DNA of 64,000 bases from Ostrea edulis. Lineage: Eukaryota. The notes beneath the pieces were generated by a model, which ran no database searches, was not told the DNA's origin, and worked only from the letters and a program-made list of their open reading frames with translations. A program made the translations under genes and the position numbers. Below are positions 1 to 13,986 of the stretch, one piece after another (positions within the stretch are counted from its first letter, which is position 1; each line of letters starts with the position of its first letter). Location of the stretch: contig NC_079164.1 of NCBI RefSeq assembly GCF_947568905.1, positions 83,948,001 to 84,012,000 of the forward strand, in the 5' to 3' direction.

Positions 1-293
1 GAGTAAAATACAGAGTTATCTGTTGGTTTCCTTTTTTACAAAAGAAAATAGGATTGCAATTTACACGATTTATATATCATATGTGAAAGGTTAAAAATAC
101 ATTTCTCTATTAATGTGTAACACATTTCAAACATAGAAATATGAAACATTTTTATCAACAAATCGCTCTCTAAACAATTTTGAATTACTGGTAACAATAT
201 GGATAATACAAATTTAAATACAGATACTTTATCAGCATGCTTTACTGTACTTTAGGATTAACTCTGAACAATCCTATAAATCTGGATGCCTAC

Positions 294-3200
294 CTGTCCT
301 CCCTCACTCTTGTCCCATCCAGCAACAATGATCCCTGCTGACAAATTGTCTCGGTTGTTGTAGCACAATTCTCTAAATATGTTGGCTGCAATTTTCACTT
401 TGGGCTGCTCTCCGGAATCCATTCTGTCAAAATACAAAAGAGAATTTAACAAGAGATTGATGAACAATATTAATACATACACACTTGTAACCATTATCAG
501 ATACATGTGTACATTGAAAATTATAACTCCTGCATAAAGTTCAATTAGTATTCTCGCCCAGAGTCTTCGAACTTGTTTAAATTACTTGAGGTAAAATTCA
601 CATTGCATTCATGTCATCAAAACCTTATCTTATTGTGTACAAGTTTCAAATGTAGCATAACTACAAGGTTAAGCCACTAAAAAAACTCATTTTTTGTTTA
701 AATGACCTAAGACGAGATCATGAAATGTACAAAACACATAAATAAACATCTAAGCAATATATTCCTTATCCATTTAAAAAAAAAATTGTACCCAATCTGG
801 TTATTCCAAAGGATCAAAGCCAAAGTATGTATCACAAGTTTCCAATCCTGAACACAGTCTTTGACATGGTTGTTTACCAATAAATTATAATTATCAAAAC
901 TTTGATAATCTTTGTACAGATCCAACAAGCATGAATTGGATTTTAGACAGATTTATGCTTAGTTAATTTTGTTTAATCCTAAATATACTGTGCTGTAGAT
1001 CTTCATACACCTTGACTCTTATGTTGTCTACTGATTTATCTGTTACGTTTTGTAAAGTATCATCTGCATATTAACACAAGAATGCTCCAGAGCTTGTGGA
1101 TAATCATTAACACACAATAAACAATGGGTCTAAAATAGAGGTGTGTGTAATTCCGGAATTCCAGTAGTTACATGCTTTGTCATATTTGTGGATTGTTTAT
1201 CACAACTATACACAACAACTTTATCCACAAAATTCCTAAAGAAAAAATGACAAATAATATTTAATAACTACATAAATTTTGGGGTTTTGATCAAAGTCAG
1301 AGACCCTGAAATCTACATGTATATATTTTGTTACCTTCACTTACTGCAATGTGCGAATTTCATGAATCATTGACAATGGATAACACATAACAATATAAGG
1401 GAGCTAACTGTAACAGGCAAACAATCTAAACAGTATTTACAATTGTGTACCAATACATGCACATGGATTTAGATAGTCAACAAGTGCGGTCTGACTATTT
1501 ATGTTGAGAAAATTTCTGAAACTGGGCATCCTCAGAGAAACAACCCCCTCCCATAAATTCTGGGGGAAATCAATTGACCCATGGAGGTGAACTCAGCGAG
1601 TTCAGGTTACAACCCTTACAAAACAAAATCCTTCTCCAGTTATGAACAGGTGTTAAATTTTACATACTGGTATCTTGAAATTAAAACCACAAGCTCACTT
1701 TCTAGCTCTTTTGAAAAACTTTTAAACTATTAGGATAACAGGGTTGAAAATTAATAAACACCCACTCTCACCATTAGCAGTGATCTGTTAATGTTTATCA
1801 TAAAGGTACACATAAAATTCTGCTTTTCATTTTAAAGAACACCAGAAAAAAAGTTTAAAAACATTTCATAATTAGAAATCTTTGAAGTCCATGCATGGGC
1901 GATAACTTCGTTGAAAATATGTCACTCGACATGAAACTCAAACTTGATCTGTAAGTCATCAATATACAGAGATACACTAAATATTATCTCATTTAATATC
2001 TACACACACAGCGAAAAAATTCCAGAACTAACTACAATGGACTTACAAACGGATAAAGGTAACACTACCTGTCCTGACCATTTCAAAAGTGAAACATGGA
2101 ATCACTTTAAGTATATTCTACTATGTTGAATACTTACTTTTGGAAATTAAGATGGTAATTCACAATATCTGCTACAGCCTGTGTATCAGCAGCTGATCCT
2201 GACCGACAGCAATAGATCATATCTGTAACTTTTGTGAGTTTGTCTGTCACTCTATTAGCTATGTAGGCACTGAAACATTAAATATAAAATCAAATTAAAA
2301 AACAGATATAGCAAAGTAGCCACTTATCACTGAAGAATTCTTAACGTAGTTCCACCCTCCTGTGACATCATAAGATTTCGCAAAGTCAATGATTTAACAA
2401 GATTTATGCATGACAGGAACATAGATTTTGTTGGAGTCTTTTTCAATAGTTATTGTAAAAAAAAATCTTGTTAACCATAAAATATTTCAAAGTCTAAGTT
2501 ATATATGAATAATCAATTATATGCTTTAAAATATTGAATTCAAGGGTAATGACTCTGTTTTTGTTAAATTTTTTATCAAGTCCATTATGCAATAGATTTC
2601 CTTTAATTTTCACATACATTCTGTATATTTAAAAAAAAAAAAAAAAAGTTTCATGAAATTGTTATGAAATACTGTTATATCGCTTCAACCAGATTTTGTG
2701 AAATTTTGATAATGCTGTTTAAGGAAAATTGCAATTTTCTGACGTTGATACAGGTATAGGTGTGCTAATTGATAAAACATTTATCAATACCGCAACATAC
2801 TTATTTTATCATTCTTATTTGTTACTAAGATGTATTATTTGAAGAATCAAAAATAAAATATAAGATTGAACCTATAATTCTAGAAGGGTGGAATTACCTT
2901 AAAAGAATGCTCTTTGGTATCCTGGACATGGATTTTATATAATCTATGATGAGAGTATTCAGTTTTGTGCACGATGACAAGAATTACATGTGTGATGCTG
3001 TCTTTCGGTGAAATATAAATACATGTTATCCTTTTTCTGTTATCCTTTTTCTATGGTAAAACTATTCAAGTTATATTGTTTGTACACAATTTAATTTTCA
3101 TAAAGACCAGTTCCATTTCCCTGATCTGTAATTTGACATCTTATGACATTATATTAATTTAGCATCTGCCATGTTTTATTTCCTTCAGTAGAAACTGTCC

Positions 3201-6200
3201 AGAACATTTGACATTTTTATCATAGCGAATTTGACAAAACATACATATGAATTTCTATTGTTAAGGTTTTATATGTGTCCAGCAAAATTCAAATAGTCTT
3301 ACAAAACTCGTAGCATCCATGCGGCCACCTTACTTTTCAGAGGTTCATCTAAGAAATTTTAAAGGACAAGTGACCATTTCTGAAGACAAAGAAACCTACA
3401 TGTATTTTAGGGGGCATCTTAAAGTACTGATAAAGCAATGTCACTAAAGCACTATTATTCATTTATTCACCAAAACACTACTGGTTAATAGATTTATTTT
3501 TTTTTTTACATGAATATACATTCTATGTAACAGCAGATCTCTGGGGGAATAAATTGCAATATAAAATAAAGCTATAGATCCAATCTATTATTTAAAAAAA
3601 CCTTCGATTTACAGCACAGTTTTTCTGTGAATGATCGAGGTCTTACATCACTTTATTTATGCTTCGCCATCTCTAAATTTTAATATGAAAAAATTGCTAA
3701 CATATCTTCCTACTTCATGTTTTGAGTTCATTGCAATCTCTGCACTTTATAAAACATTTCAAATGCAGTGTGTATCTTCAATATTTTTGTATGATCCTCT
3801 TAAATTTACATCAAGTGACTGTATCTCATTTCCTTTCTCAATGACCAAGTAGCATGTGAGTGGCAGGGTGGTGAGATTCTATCATCATTGAAAGCAAGTT
3901 TTTTTTTCCACTTGACTTGATGATCAAGCAGTCTAATGTGCTGGTCAAACTCTGCTAGGAGATTTGATAAATATACAAACATAAACACATATATTTAGCA
4001 TAACAATTCACATGTAGACATAAAGATATATTCAAAATTTATGTCATTTATAGTGAGCACAGAATGAATAAGCTTTGTGCTGGCTGGTACTGCAAGGTCT
4101 AGTGACTATAGTGGGCAAAAAAGTCTGAACTGAAGTTGCACATTCATCTTAGTAGAAAACGTTTTAGTCACAATCCCAGATGCAGATCTCACAAAGTCAA
4201 ATCTCCTTGATCTCTGATTATGAACTTAGTTAATAAGATTATTTCAATATTTCATCCTAGTCTAGTGATCCCTTACACAAAGCAGTGTGCCGCGATAGGT
4301 CTAATGTATAACGTCTTCATTCCGACGTCATAATACAACTGGAGCAGTGACAGATTTGAATTAGGAGTTGAAGAGTGAGTTTAGCATACAGGCACACCAC
4401 AATGAAAGTCAACCTTGCAACTTACACTATGACAAGGAAATGCATTACTACATGTACATATATGTCTATGAAAACATTTGACATCAAATGATTGTGATCG
4501 ATTTGATTACTTCTAGGTTTGAAATGGACTTCAATGTATCATTGCAACAATGAAAAAAAATAGGGGGGGGGGGGTGTCAAACATGTAAAAATTTATTTAC
4601 TATACTATACAAATGCTGAAATATTTAATTATGGTGATAAATTAAAATACATTATTGCTACATGGAGGTTATTAGATAAATTTTCAGGATAATCACTGCC
4701 TTGCTATTAAATATAAACTTTTGATGATTCTTTATTATCCTGTTGTGTGATTTTCAATAGCGTACAATTTTTTTCCACTTTTTTAAAATCAAATATCTTA
4801 ATTCCAATGGAAGAGGCTATGTCAGGGATGCATATACAGGGGATGGAAGGTACAAACCCACCATCCCTGGGCTAGGTAGAAAATAAATATATTTGCCTAT
4901 TATTAAGCACTTCCAGTTGTACAAGATTGCTACATGTAGTCAAATGCCCTCCAACACCACAAAAAAAGTTGAAGCATTAAAGTCCCATAACTCCTGTTAA
5001 ATTTGCTGAATCAAATTGGCAGCGTAATATGATTGACTACATATGGTGACTAACAATCCTACAAAATTTGAACACAGTCCGTTGAACTGTTTCCAAGGAG
5101 TTGCGTCCATAAAGTGTTCCTATAGTGTGGCATGTACAAATTCAACAAAGTTCCTTAACTCCTGTAAATTTGTCAAATCAAAATGGTGGCACAATATGAT
5201 CAACTACATATAATATATAGTAACTAACAATCCCACAAAATTTGAACATAATCTGTTGAGCGGTGTTGTAAGAATTGCTTCCACATAGTCAAGTGGGACG
5301 GACAGAGGGACACCAGTTTTTCTATGTCCCCTTCCACGATGCGGCGGGGGACAAAAATAAGAAATGTTGGTCCATAGTACTTATCAAATGAGACCCCTAA
5401 AAATGCATAGAATGGAACCCACTTCCATTGAGAAAATGTCTGGATCTGCTCGTATACATGTAGCTGGAAGTAGTAGCACTTGTTCTAACGGTAGCTCTGT
5501 CAACTTTTAAAGTATCATGGACAATGTAGAAAACACTGTAAAATTCAATGTACGTTTTCTAATTTTCTGGGTAGATGAGGATGCTCAATTTACTAGATGC
5601 CTCAGTGTATAGATTGATCACCACATCTACCCCAAAAACAAGACACCCATTCCTTAATTTAATGGCCTTAATTAATAATTGTGGTATACCCTGTCGTTGT
5701 TCTTGAATCTGCACCAATAACGACACCTCCATTGTATTCCACAGCCATAATAGTAGTCTATAAAAGAAATGAAAGAACAATGATTCTCATATTGACAATG
5801 AAACTCGCAAAAAAGATGCTACGACTAAAGTACTTTATTCAAACTTGAGCCGGGTCATATCAACATACAAACCCTTTCAACAGGTTGGGAACACTTCCTC
5901 TATAGCGAGATATTCTTGCATAAACGCGATTATCCCTCTTTAGCGAGAAAGTAAACATTACCATAAACAGGTGTTTTGGTCTCTTTATTGAAAATAATGG
6001 CAAATTCCGTGCAATGCTGAATAAGTGCGGCACACATTTGGCAAGATGCGATTTGTCTCTATAAAATTTATAACACAGTCAAGAAATTTCATATCAATGT
6101 TGCTGCGTAAGAGGGAAAGAGGCTGAAATCCAATGCACATAGTGAGTATTTTTGTTTTGATTAATATATTTGCAGAATAATCAGACATTTTAGCACTTTA

Positions 6201-6526
6201 TCTTCTTTTCGCGTGAAACACGAAGAAATGTACTACAGTACACGCCTACTACACGGGTGTTTTTCCTCAGTTGTACAGGATATATTTACTCTCGCTAGAG
6301 AGGGATAATCGCGTTTTTGCGAGAATATCTATCATCTCGCTATAAGGAAAGTGTTCCCAACCTGTTCATTACACTAGTCTAGACTCTTGTCATGTCACAA
6401 GTCAACCATCATCAAATTGAATACCGCTATCAAAAAAATATATCAATTAATCATTTAACAACTTCTAACCCCAGTTTCATGTTCGGCACGAAGCCAATCT
6501 GGTGTATATGACATAGTGTTCATCAT
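294..6526 (-). CDS. PSMB6: Proteasome subunit beta type-6 (beta1), exons 1-4; 3' exons lie beyond the window start
   Basis: Exons 6470-6526 ([19 protein letters not shown]), 5690-5757 ([23 protein letters not shown], catalytic Thr1 after propeptide), 2138-2269 ([40 protein letters not shown]) and 294-423 ([29 protein letters not shown]). All GT-AG and phase-compatible. Confidence 0.95.
2345..2898. mobile_element. Non-autonomous DNA transposon (MITE) with TTAA target duplication, Kolobok/piggyBac-like
   Basis: About 20-bp imperfect TIRs (cgtagttccaccctcct / agaagggtggaattacc) flanked by TTAA on both sides. A second copy lies in opposite orientation at 38401-38949. Confidence 0.7.
4950..5356 (+). 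mobile_element. Pearl/HINE (Helentron-like) non-autonomous element with internal tandem repeats
   Basis: Two related internal units, then GGAC-type microsatellite and terminal hairpin (tgtcccc...gggggaca) before an A-run. The same family occurs reversed at 36203-36600. Confidence 0.6.
5881..6364. mobile_element. MITE with about 75-bp TIRs in PSMB6 intron 1
   Basis: caggttgggaacacttcc...tagcgagaaagtaaa at the left end is the reverse complement of tttactctcgctag...gtgttcccaacctg at the right end. Confidence 0.75.
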
Positions 6527-6674
6527 ATTCTTTCAACTTCCAAACCCAAGACCTCGACCAGAGACTCTTTTTCTTTTTTCGCTAGTCACGAACGTGCGTT
6601 TGTATCTCTTAGATGAAAAGAGTTATAACAAAGGGGAATTACTCGTGATTAGTATAAATCGTAAAATTGGTTTT

Positions 6675-7067
6675 CAGGGGCGTAGCCAAGGTACTTTTGA
6701 TGTGGACGCCCGAGTAGGCAGGGGGTTGGGGGCCGCCTTAAGGCCCTCAATGGGTCCAGGACAAAACCCTGGTAAGGGCCCAGGGGGCGAAGCCCCCGGA
6801 AACTAGTTAATTTTAGACGATTTCGATGTGTAGATCTATATTCGACTCCCCTGAACGCATTTTTCGTACACTTTATAAAATTTGTTACGCAGCCATATTC
6901 GAGGTCTGTTCTGTTTTTGTACGAAATGCGGACAAACACTTGTAAAATCTCAAAAATGAGAAAGGACCTGTCCAATATCGTTGTATATGACGAACCCACT
7001 ACAAACAATTTTAGAACAAATATAATTGTCATAAATATTGCCCTTCACTACCTTTTGATATTTCTAA

Positions 7068-7112
<45 letters not shown>

Positions 7113-7162
7113 AAATGATGTGGACGTTTGTACGTACAAACGTACGCCTGGCTACGCGCCTG
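6675..7162. mobile_element. MITE upstream of PSMB6, containing a (CT)n tract
   Basis: 14-bp TIR CAGGGGCGTAGCCA / TGGCTACGCGCCTG (1 mismatch), GC-rich ggggcgaagccccc core, (CT)n at about 7074-7108. Confidence 0.7.
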
Positions 7163-7711
7163 TTTACCATAGTTTGGGATTTCTCAATACGTTCCAAGAC
7201 AATATATTTTGTGGAATATCAGTTTTGTCTGAAATGATCCAATAACGTAGACTTAGCCATTTTTGGTACGGATTTGTCTTGGTATGTTTTAATGCTATGC
7301 GTTAAGTAATACATATTGTATGATACGTTTTATACTATAGTTCTAGTATATCAGACTGGACCCACAAGGGGCAATAACATAAAAGAACATTATGATTAGA
7401 GACACACATGTACAATGTAATACATTTATAACAAAGCGTTGTTGGCATAATACCGTTATCTGCACCGCATATCTTTAATATACAGTTTATTCCGTAATTT
7501 AGGTTCATTATATATATATAATCCAAATAGAAAGAGTTGATATCATACAGTCAAAATAATTCAATAAAAAAGCAGGAAAATATACAGTTTCAAAATATAT
7601 TTAAATCACTAGCGCTTTCTGGATTTTAACATCCATCCTCAGGTGAATACAAATTAATAATGAATATGATTTAAATATATTTTGGAACTATATTTTCCTG
7701 CCTTTTTATTG

Positions 7712-7715
<4 letters not shown>

Positions 7716-7761
<46 letters not shown>
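7716..7761. repeat. (TA)n microsatellite
   Basis: Uninterrupted TA dinucleotide run. Confidence 0.95.
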
Positions 7762-7765
<4 letters not shown>

Positions 7766-7947
7766 GTTTTAAAACTTGTATCTGATAAAACTGCGAGTAT
7801 GGAGTTACCTTAAAGAAGTTTGAAATACACACCATTAAATCACAACAAAATTAAAAGTGGATTTCACCCTCCACTTTGCCAGAACTACATAACAGTTTTG
7901 AAAGTTCAGAGGGGGTACTCTGGTATCTGTCCGATTCAATATGTAGC

Positions 7948-8333
7948 CAGGTATTTTTAGGGTCTATAGGGGACCGAAACAAGGCCCAATTCCCAATGCT
8001 AAAAAACAGGTATTTTCCCCAATAGTTGCTTTGAAATTCCCAAACAATGAAAACAAAACAAGCATGGTAGCCTAATTCTTCACGGGCCCACAGATTACAG
8101 TTTTTGCTTCAAAATTGCTAAGTAAACCTAATTTTCTGACCTCTACTTATTTGAATGAGGTAAACTTTGACCAAAGTGAAAGTCAGAAGGAGTCCAGTTA
8201 TACCTTAATGCACTCTGGATTGGTTTTTCCCCTGCTTCTTTGTTTGAAACATTTTTCCTAATTCAAGCAAATGTCGCTATTTTTCCCAATTGGAAAGGCC
8301 CAGGCCCTTGAAATCAATACCTTAAAAAAACTG
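7948..8333. mobile_element. MITE with short TIRs and 5-bp flanking direct repeat
   Basis: caggtatttttagg ... ccttaaaaaaactg, flanked by GTAGC on both sides. Internal ttcccaat motifs are shared with the element at 29463-29865. Confidence 0.55.
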
Positions 8334-8525
8334 GTAGCTTGTATGATCTAATATTCTGAATTTCGTCAAGCTTCTTCTCTAATCAAAATTACTTATCAAA
8401 TTTGAATAATTTCGAATCAAAAGTTTGTTATACCAAAGACGGTGGTAATTTTTTTTTTTTTTTTTTTTTACCAATGAAGAACTTTGGACTTTTGAACGAA
8501 AAACCAGTCTGTTCTGCACGAGGTA

Positions 8526-10766
8526 CAGTGGCGGATCCAGGATTTCCAAGCACCTGGCCATGATTCACTAACAAATGAACATATTATTCACGGAGGTAAA
8601 ATTCTTACTCTCTGTCTTCTGAAAATGTTCAATGCAGTCATAGCCTGCGGTAATATTCCCCATGAATGAAAGCGCGGTTTAATAGTTCCATTATACAAAG
8701 GTGATGACAAATCGAAAGCCGCATGCAACAGTTATAGGCCTATATCTCTTTTGCCCTGCTTTTTTAAAATACTTGAGAAAATAATTCTCTCTCGTATCTC
8801 AAATTCAACTCTTGTATCAAAACATTTCCCAAATGCTCAACAACAAGGTTTTCAAAAATATCTAGGTTGTTTAACCGCATCGTTTAATTTACAAGAGACA
8901 ATTTTTCATAATATAGAACAAGGCAACGATGTCTATGTTAGCTTTTTGGATAGCAGTAAGGTTTTTGATACTGTTTGTAGGGATGACCTCATGTTAAAGC
9001 TTTACAAACTTGGAATAAAAGGTAAAACCTGGTCACTGATTAATAACTGTCACCAAGGAACATCTAGCTCTATTGTTGTAAATCAAACTCAATCTAGATG
9101 GTTCTCTGTTGATCAAGGTGTAAGACAAGGTGGTGTTTTGTCTACATTTTTATAACTTGTTTATATTAACGATCTTGTTGATGAATTAGAGCTAAGTAGT
9201 CCTAATACAGGTGTCCTTAATGTTATGAGCAGCTGTCCATCATTGGCAGATGATATATCTTGTATTGGATTATCCCCAATGGCCCTCCAAAATTTGTTAG
9301 ATATTACATACGCATATTGGAATAAGTGGCGATTTTCCTTCATTAATGCGTCAAAATTGTGCGTGGTGAAATTCCGTGGTAAGAAGAGTAAAATGGATAA
9401 CAACTTTCTTTGGCATCTGTGACAAGCATCGATTCCATGTGAAGAATCCTATAACCACCTAGGTATTGTGATTCATCAGAAATTCAAACTTTCTCAAAGA
9501 ATAGGCAGAGCCTGCGAAAAGGGCAGAAAATCCTTTTTTGCACTATCTGACATAGGATCCCATTTTCTCAACCCAATGACTGTATCTCATTTATATAAAA
9601 CAATCGTTATAGCTACAGTACTTTATGGATGCAAACTCTGGAATAATATGACCTTTCAGACCGCCAAAACCTTTGTATTTTTCAACATTTTGTGTGCAAA
9701 AAATCTCTGAATTTACCAAAATTATGCAGATCCGATATATGTGAGTCACTTTTTGATGTATTGCCCATCAGCGCAGAAGTAGATACAAGAAAACTACTGT
9801 TCTTAGGAAGGCTCTGTCGAATGGACATAAACACTCTACCAAAGAAAATATTCTTGGCCAGATTATTTTCTTACTGGCAAAAGCTTTCAGAAGTCCAATA
9901 TGGTTTTATTCCAGACATCATTCAAACCTTACAAACATACAATCTTACCAATTATACAAGTACATGGCTTGACAACGGATTCTTCCCCGAAAAGGTATCC
10001 TGGAAAAGGATATCCAGAAATACTGTATCATTGTATCACAAACTGCCACAATTTGGAAATTAGGTAACATTGAACTTTGCAAATTCATAAGCGAAATATA
10101 CACAGGTATGCATGTAAATGGCCTTGTTCATTTGTGTCATTTATGTGGTTTAATTCGTTCACGGATGTTTTCTGTCATTCGTCTTGTTTGTGTCCAAGTA
10201 CCGCCAGCATACGAGAACAGTGGTGGAACGCCATCGTTAATAACTTCAGTGTCGAACTGTGTGCAGAACACTGTGTGGGCTCTCGGAATTTGAATGGTAC
10301 CTTGTTCTTCTTGGTGGCCAAATATCTACACCTTAAACTCAGATGGATGCCATATCATTCCATCTGATGAACTTTAAATTGGTGCGCAGCACTTCAGCCC
10401 TATACTACAGATGCTCACTGCAGTAATTATATTATATCTATATTAAATATGCCTTGGTTTTAAAAGGGGCAGCTGCTACCATATGTACTCATCTATTGAG
10501 GTGTACAACTAAGAATATCCTATTCTTTTCTTTTTTCTTTTTTGGTTATATGTGTACATAGTGAGTTTTGTGTTGGGGGGGTGTTCCCCCCCCCTTTTTT
10601 TTTTCTTTGTATGTATTTGTAATTATATTGATGTAAATGTATTTTCTTTATAATCTGCTAAGGAAGGAAATAAAGTATGAATGATTGAAAGCTATATATG
10701 CTAGTAATGCCTTGTAAAATTTGTGGCGAAAGGGGAGGGGGGGGGGGGGCTCTAAATCCGCCACTG
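8526..10766. mobile_element. MITE (CAGTGGCGGAT termini) split by a LINE insertion
   Basis: TIR cagtggcggat at 8526 and atccgccactg ending at 10766. Confidence 0.65.
8548..10690 (+). pseudogene. 5'-truncated, decayed non-LTR retrotransposon (LINE ORF2 reverse transcriptase)
   Basis: KAPGHD..., YRPISLLPCFFKILEK, QQGFQK, FLDSSKVFDTV, QGVRQGGVLS and LADD (RT catalytic motif), broken by stops and frameshifts across ORFs 8751-10063. 3' end AATAAA plus (TGAA)n-like tail. Confidence 0.92.
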
Positions 10767-11618
10767 ATGTACCAGAATGCACCGCTTCGTGTCGCGTCAC
10801 TCTTGTTCTTTATTTTTATCTAAATTTCTAATTTATTAATTACCTACGGCGAATCTGATAGACTGAAAAATTGGGCTATTAGAAAAAAATATGAAGTGAC
10901 GTCACATTGTGTAAATAATAATAAAAATGTAAAATGAAATTTAAACTCTGTAAATTTATCATATCATAATACAACCCAAGACACCAACATGCGTATCAAA
11001 ATGCCTTAATCAGTTGTTATTTATGATTATCTTTTGTTTTACCGTGTTCTCACAAACACACCCAATGACATAATTTCTCGATCATATGAAAGTATGTGAA
11101 ATTTCAACCAAAAATTCTTACAAAATGTATAAATTCCAAATACTGTAGAAATGACAGCTAGACTATGGATTTCCAATATCCAGTAAATTACTCTCATTGT
11201 TTTAAATTGGTCGATCTACTGAACAATCCATTTGAAATATCCTGTGCAAACGGGCGATCTCCTGCACAATCGTTTGATTAATTATCAAATTTCTTGAAAA
11301 CAAGTGACAAAGGGTGATGTAAGAACATTTTATTTACAATTTTATTTAGAGTAAGATTGAGACTGGTTTTTTTGTTTTTTTGTTTTTTTTGTTTTTGTTT
11401 TACAAGGGTTTAAAACAAAGCATTTATTGACTGGGTCTCGGACAATGTGTGTTTTGTTGGACCCTCGGACCAAAATGTTGCCTACCGCCTCGGGTATTTT
11501 GGACCTCAAATCCAACAAAACACGTGTTGCCCTCGACGTCAGTCAAAATATATGATATCAAAAAAGTCGTGAGCTCGTTAATACACGCTAAATCCACGGA
11601 TCCTGATTCCGTTTTTAG

Positions 11619-12470
11619 TTCACCTGAGCTATAAGCTCAAGTGAGTTTTTCTGATCAACTGTTGTACGGCGTACAACTGTCCATTGATCTGTAAATTAAC
11701 TTTACACATTTTCGACTTCTTTTCAAGAATCACACACCAATTTCAACCACGCATACTTGCCATAAAGTACACTTCGGTAAAGGGAGTCAAAAGTCAACAT
11801 GAAATGGTCACACCCTTTTCGATGGGGGGGGGGGGGTCATTAAGGAAATAGTGAAAATATGGTGGCATATCAATCTAATTGAAATTCGGTCCTTTGATCC
11901 GCTACACAAAAGCGACATACATGTACGTGAGCGGATCAAAGGATCTAATTTTAATTAGATTGGGTGGCACTTTAAAGAATCTTCTTTTCAAGAATTACTG
12001 GACCAGAAAAGACAAGACTTCCTTAAGGATCTGAGATTCAGAATTGTTCGAATCATGGCCCCGGGGGTAGATCTGTGGGTATGTACAATAGGGATCGAAG
12101 TTTTACATGGGATATATAGGAGAAATATTTCAAAATCTTCTTTTTAAGAACAGCAGGGTCATGATTAGTCATATTGACTTTTAATACAAGTATCCTAAGG
12201 TAGTGCAGATTCAAGTTTGTACAAATCATGCATGACCGGGGGCGGGGGGCAATGCAGGATCAACGTGTGTGTGTGAATTGTGAAAATCTTCTCAAGACTA
12301 GCAGGGTCATGATTTAGCCATGTGAATGTGCAACCATTAAATTCTCAGTGCTGATTTCAGTTAATTCAAATCATAGCCCCTGGGGGGTAGGGTGGGATGA
12401 CAATAACACAATTAATACAGGACAACATATTAGGAAATTTTATATAAACATCTTCTCAATGATTTTCTCA
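11619..12470 (-). mobile_element. HINE/Helentron-like satellite-carrying element, degraded
   Basis: Starts with T-run plus agttcacctgagct..agctcaagtgag hairpin end, followed by repeated atcttct...aaga / aaatcatg units. Confidence 0.5.
11871..11962. mobile_element. Short fold-back MITE inserted in the preceding element
   Basis: About 32-bp inverted arms (caatctaattgaaattcggtcctttgatccgct / agcggatcaaaggatctaattttaattagattg), flanked by ggtggca-containing direct repeats. Confidence 0.6.
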
Positions 12471-12500
12471 TCATAACTACGCGAGCATCTTCAGGTACTA

Positions 12501-12600
12501 CCACAGGGGCTAAGCCCATTTTGGGCCCGAACTCTGTGATACCATAAATATATTTATGGTATCACAGAGTTCAGGCCCAAAACGGGCTTAGCCCCTGTGG
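12501..12600. mobile_element. 100-bp spacer-less palindrome with 6-bp target-site duplication
   Basis: Arms 12501-12550 and 12551-12600 match at 48/50. GTACTA is directly repeated at 12495-12500 and 12601-12606. Confidence 0.85.
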
Positions 12601-13232
12601 GTACTACAGACCATATTTCTATTCTGACACTACCACTACCCCCTCCCCCCTTCCCTTAGGATTTTGCGGAAGACATCATTGTGAAGTCAACTTCTTCACC
12701 GACTGACCCCCTTCCACATTTGTAAAATGATGTTACGTGTCTATTTGATAGATGATTGGGTCATATGTTGTTTCAATCTGATTAAAATCAACTCCTCGAT
12801 CCGCTCCTTTATTTATTGTAAAATAACCAGCTCTTGGGGAATGATTTCGTTCAAACTGATATACAGAGGATATGACGACAGGCCTTAATTGATATTGAGC
12901 AAAAATAAATTGATGGAAAAAAACTTGAAACATGAAATTAACGCTTAATATATTGAGTGCTATGCACATTTTCATGCCTCATTTATTTCCAATATTTCAA
13001 ACATCATTTTCATTCCATGAATAACTATAATTTGTAAACATAAATCGCATTAGTTAATCTTTCCATTCGCATGTGTTGCCGGCGGGGAGTAAGGTATTTA
13101 CGCTACAGAGACAGACACTAATTTTCTGTTACAACAACTTAAGTTGCCATAGAAACTTTCCGTAGGCACAAATAACTTTCAATAGGGGGAAAAGAAAGTT
13201 ATAGTGGATATTGCCAAGAAATCGTAAACAAG

Positions 13233-13950
13233 ATGTCGGGTGACCAGATTGTTCCTATAGGTCTGCGGAGATTTGATACAAGCCAGCCATGGGGATTTAA
13301 ACTTCAGGGAGGATCAGATGTGGGATGTCCTATTCATGTCGCGGAGGTAAGACATCTCACCTGTAAATAAAATCGACATTGTGGTGATGTTAGCGTACCT
13401 GAAAAGATGTCCATATCGTGACTCATGTCTGATCATTTCTGACAAATTCACCGGAAGGACATGTACGTAAACGTTGTAATATCTATATACACACATATAT
13501 ATGTAAGTATATGCTTGTATCAAAGACTCTGAAAAGAACCAAGATTAATTTCTTCTTTTTTTTTAAAAGAAAGATTCATGATTTGTTTCCATTTAACTTT
13601 AGAGTTGTATTCAGCCCGATTCGTAAGTAGAATTGCTAAAAAACAACAACCAACCAAACAATAGGCTAGACCTAAATGATAGGTACGTACATTGATCCAT
13701 ATTTCATATTGTTTACAACTCACGCTGAAGATCAAATTTCAAGCCTTATACGTCAAGCATTTCTTTTCAGTTGGAGTTGTCCTTCTTTTCATGTATCGCT
13801 GAAAATCATAACGGCGGATCCAGTGGGGGTCAGAGATTCTGGAAATATACCCAACTAAATTAAAACTATGAAAATAGTACTTTATAGCATTGAAATTTAA
13901 CGTGAACCGTGCCCGTCTTACAAACATTCTGAGACTATTGATGGGACGTG

Positions 13951-13986
<36 letters not shown>

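Noticed and set aside
3900-3970. Possible intronic C/D snoRNA (TGATGA)
   Set aside because: No CTGA D box or terminal stem, and it is on the strand opposite the host transcript.
6516-7237. 96-127-aa ORFs near the PSMB6 promoter
   Set aside because: They span a MITE and a (CT)n tract, with no protein motifs.
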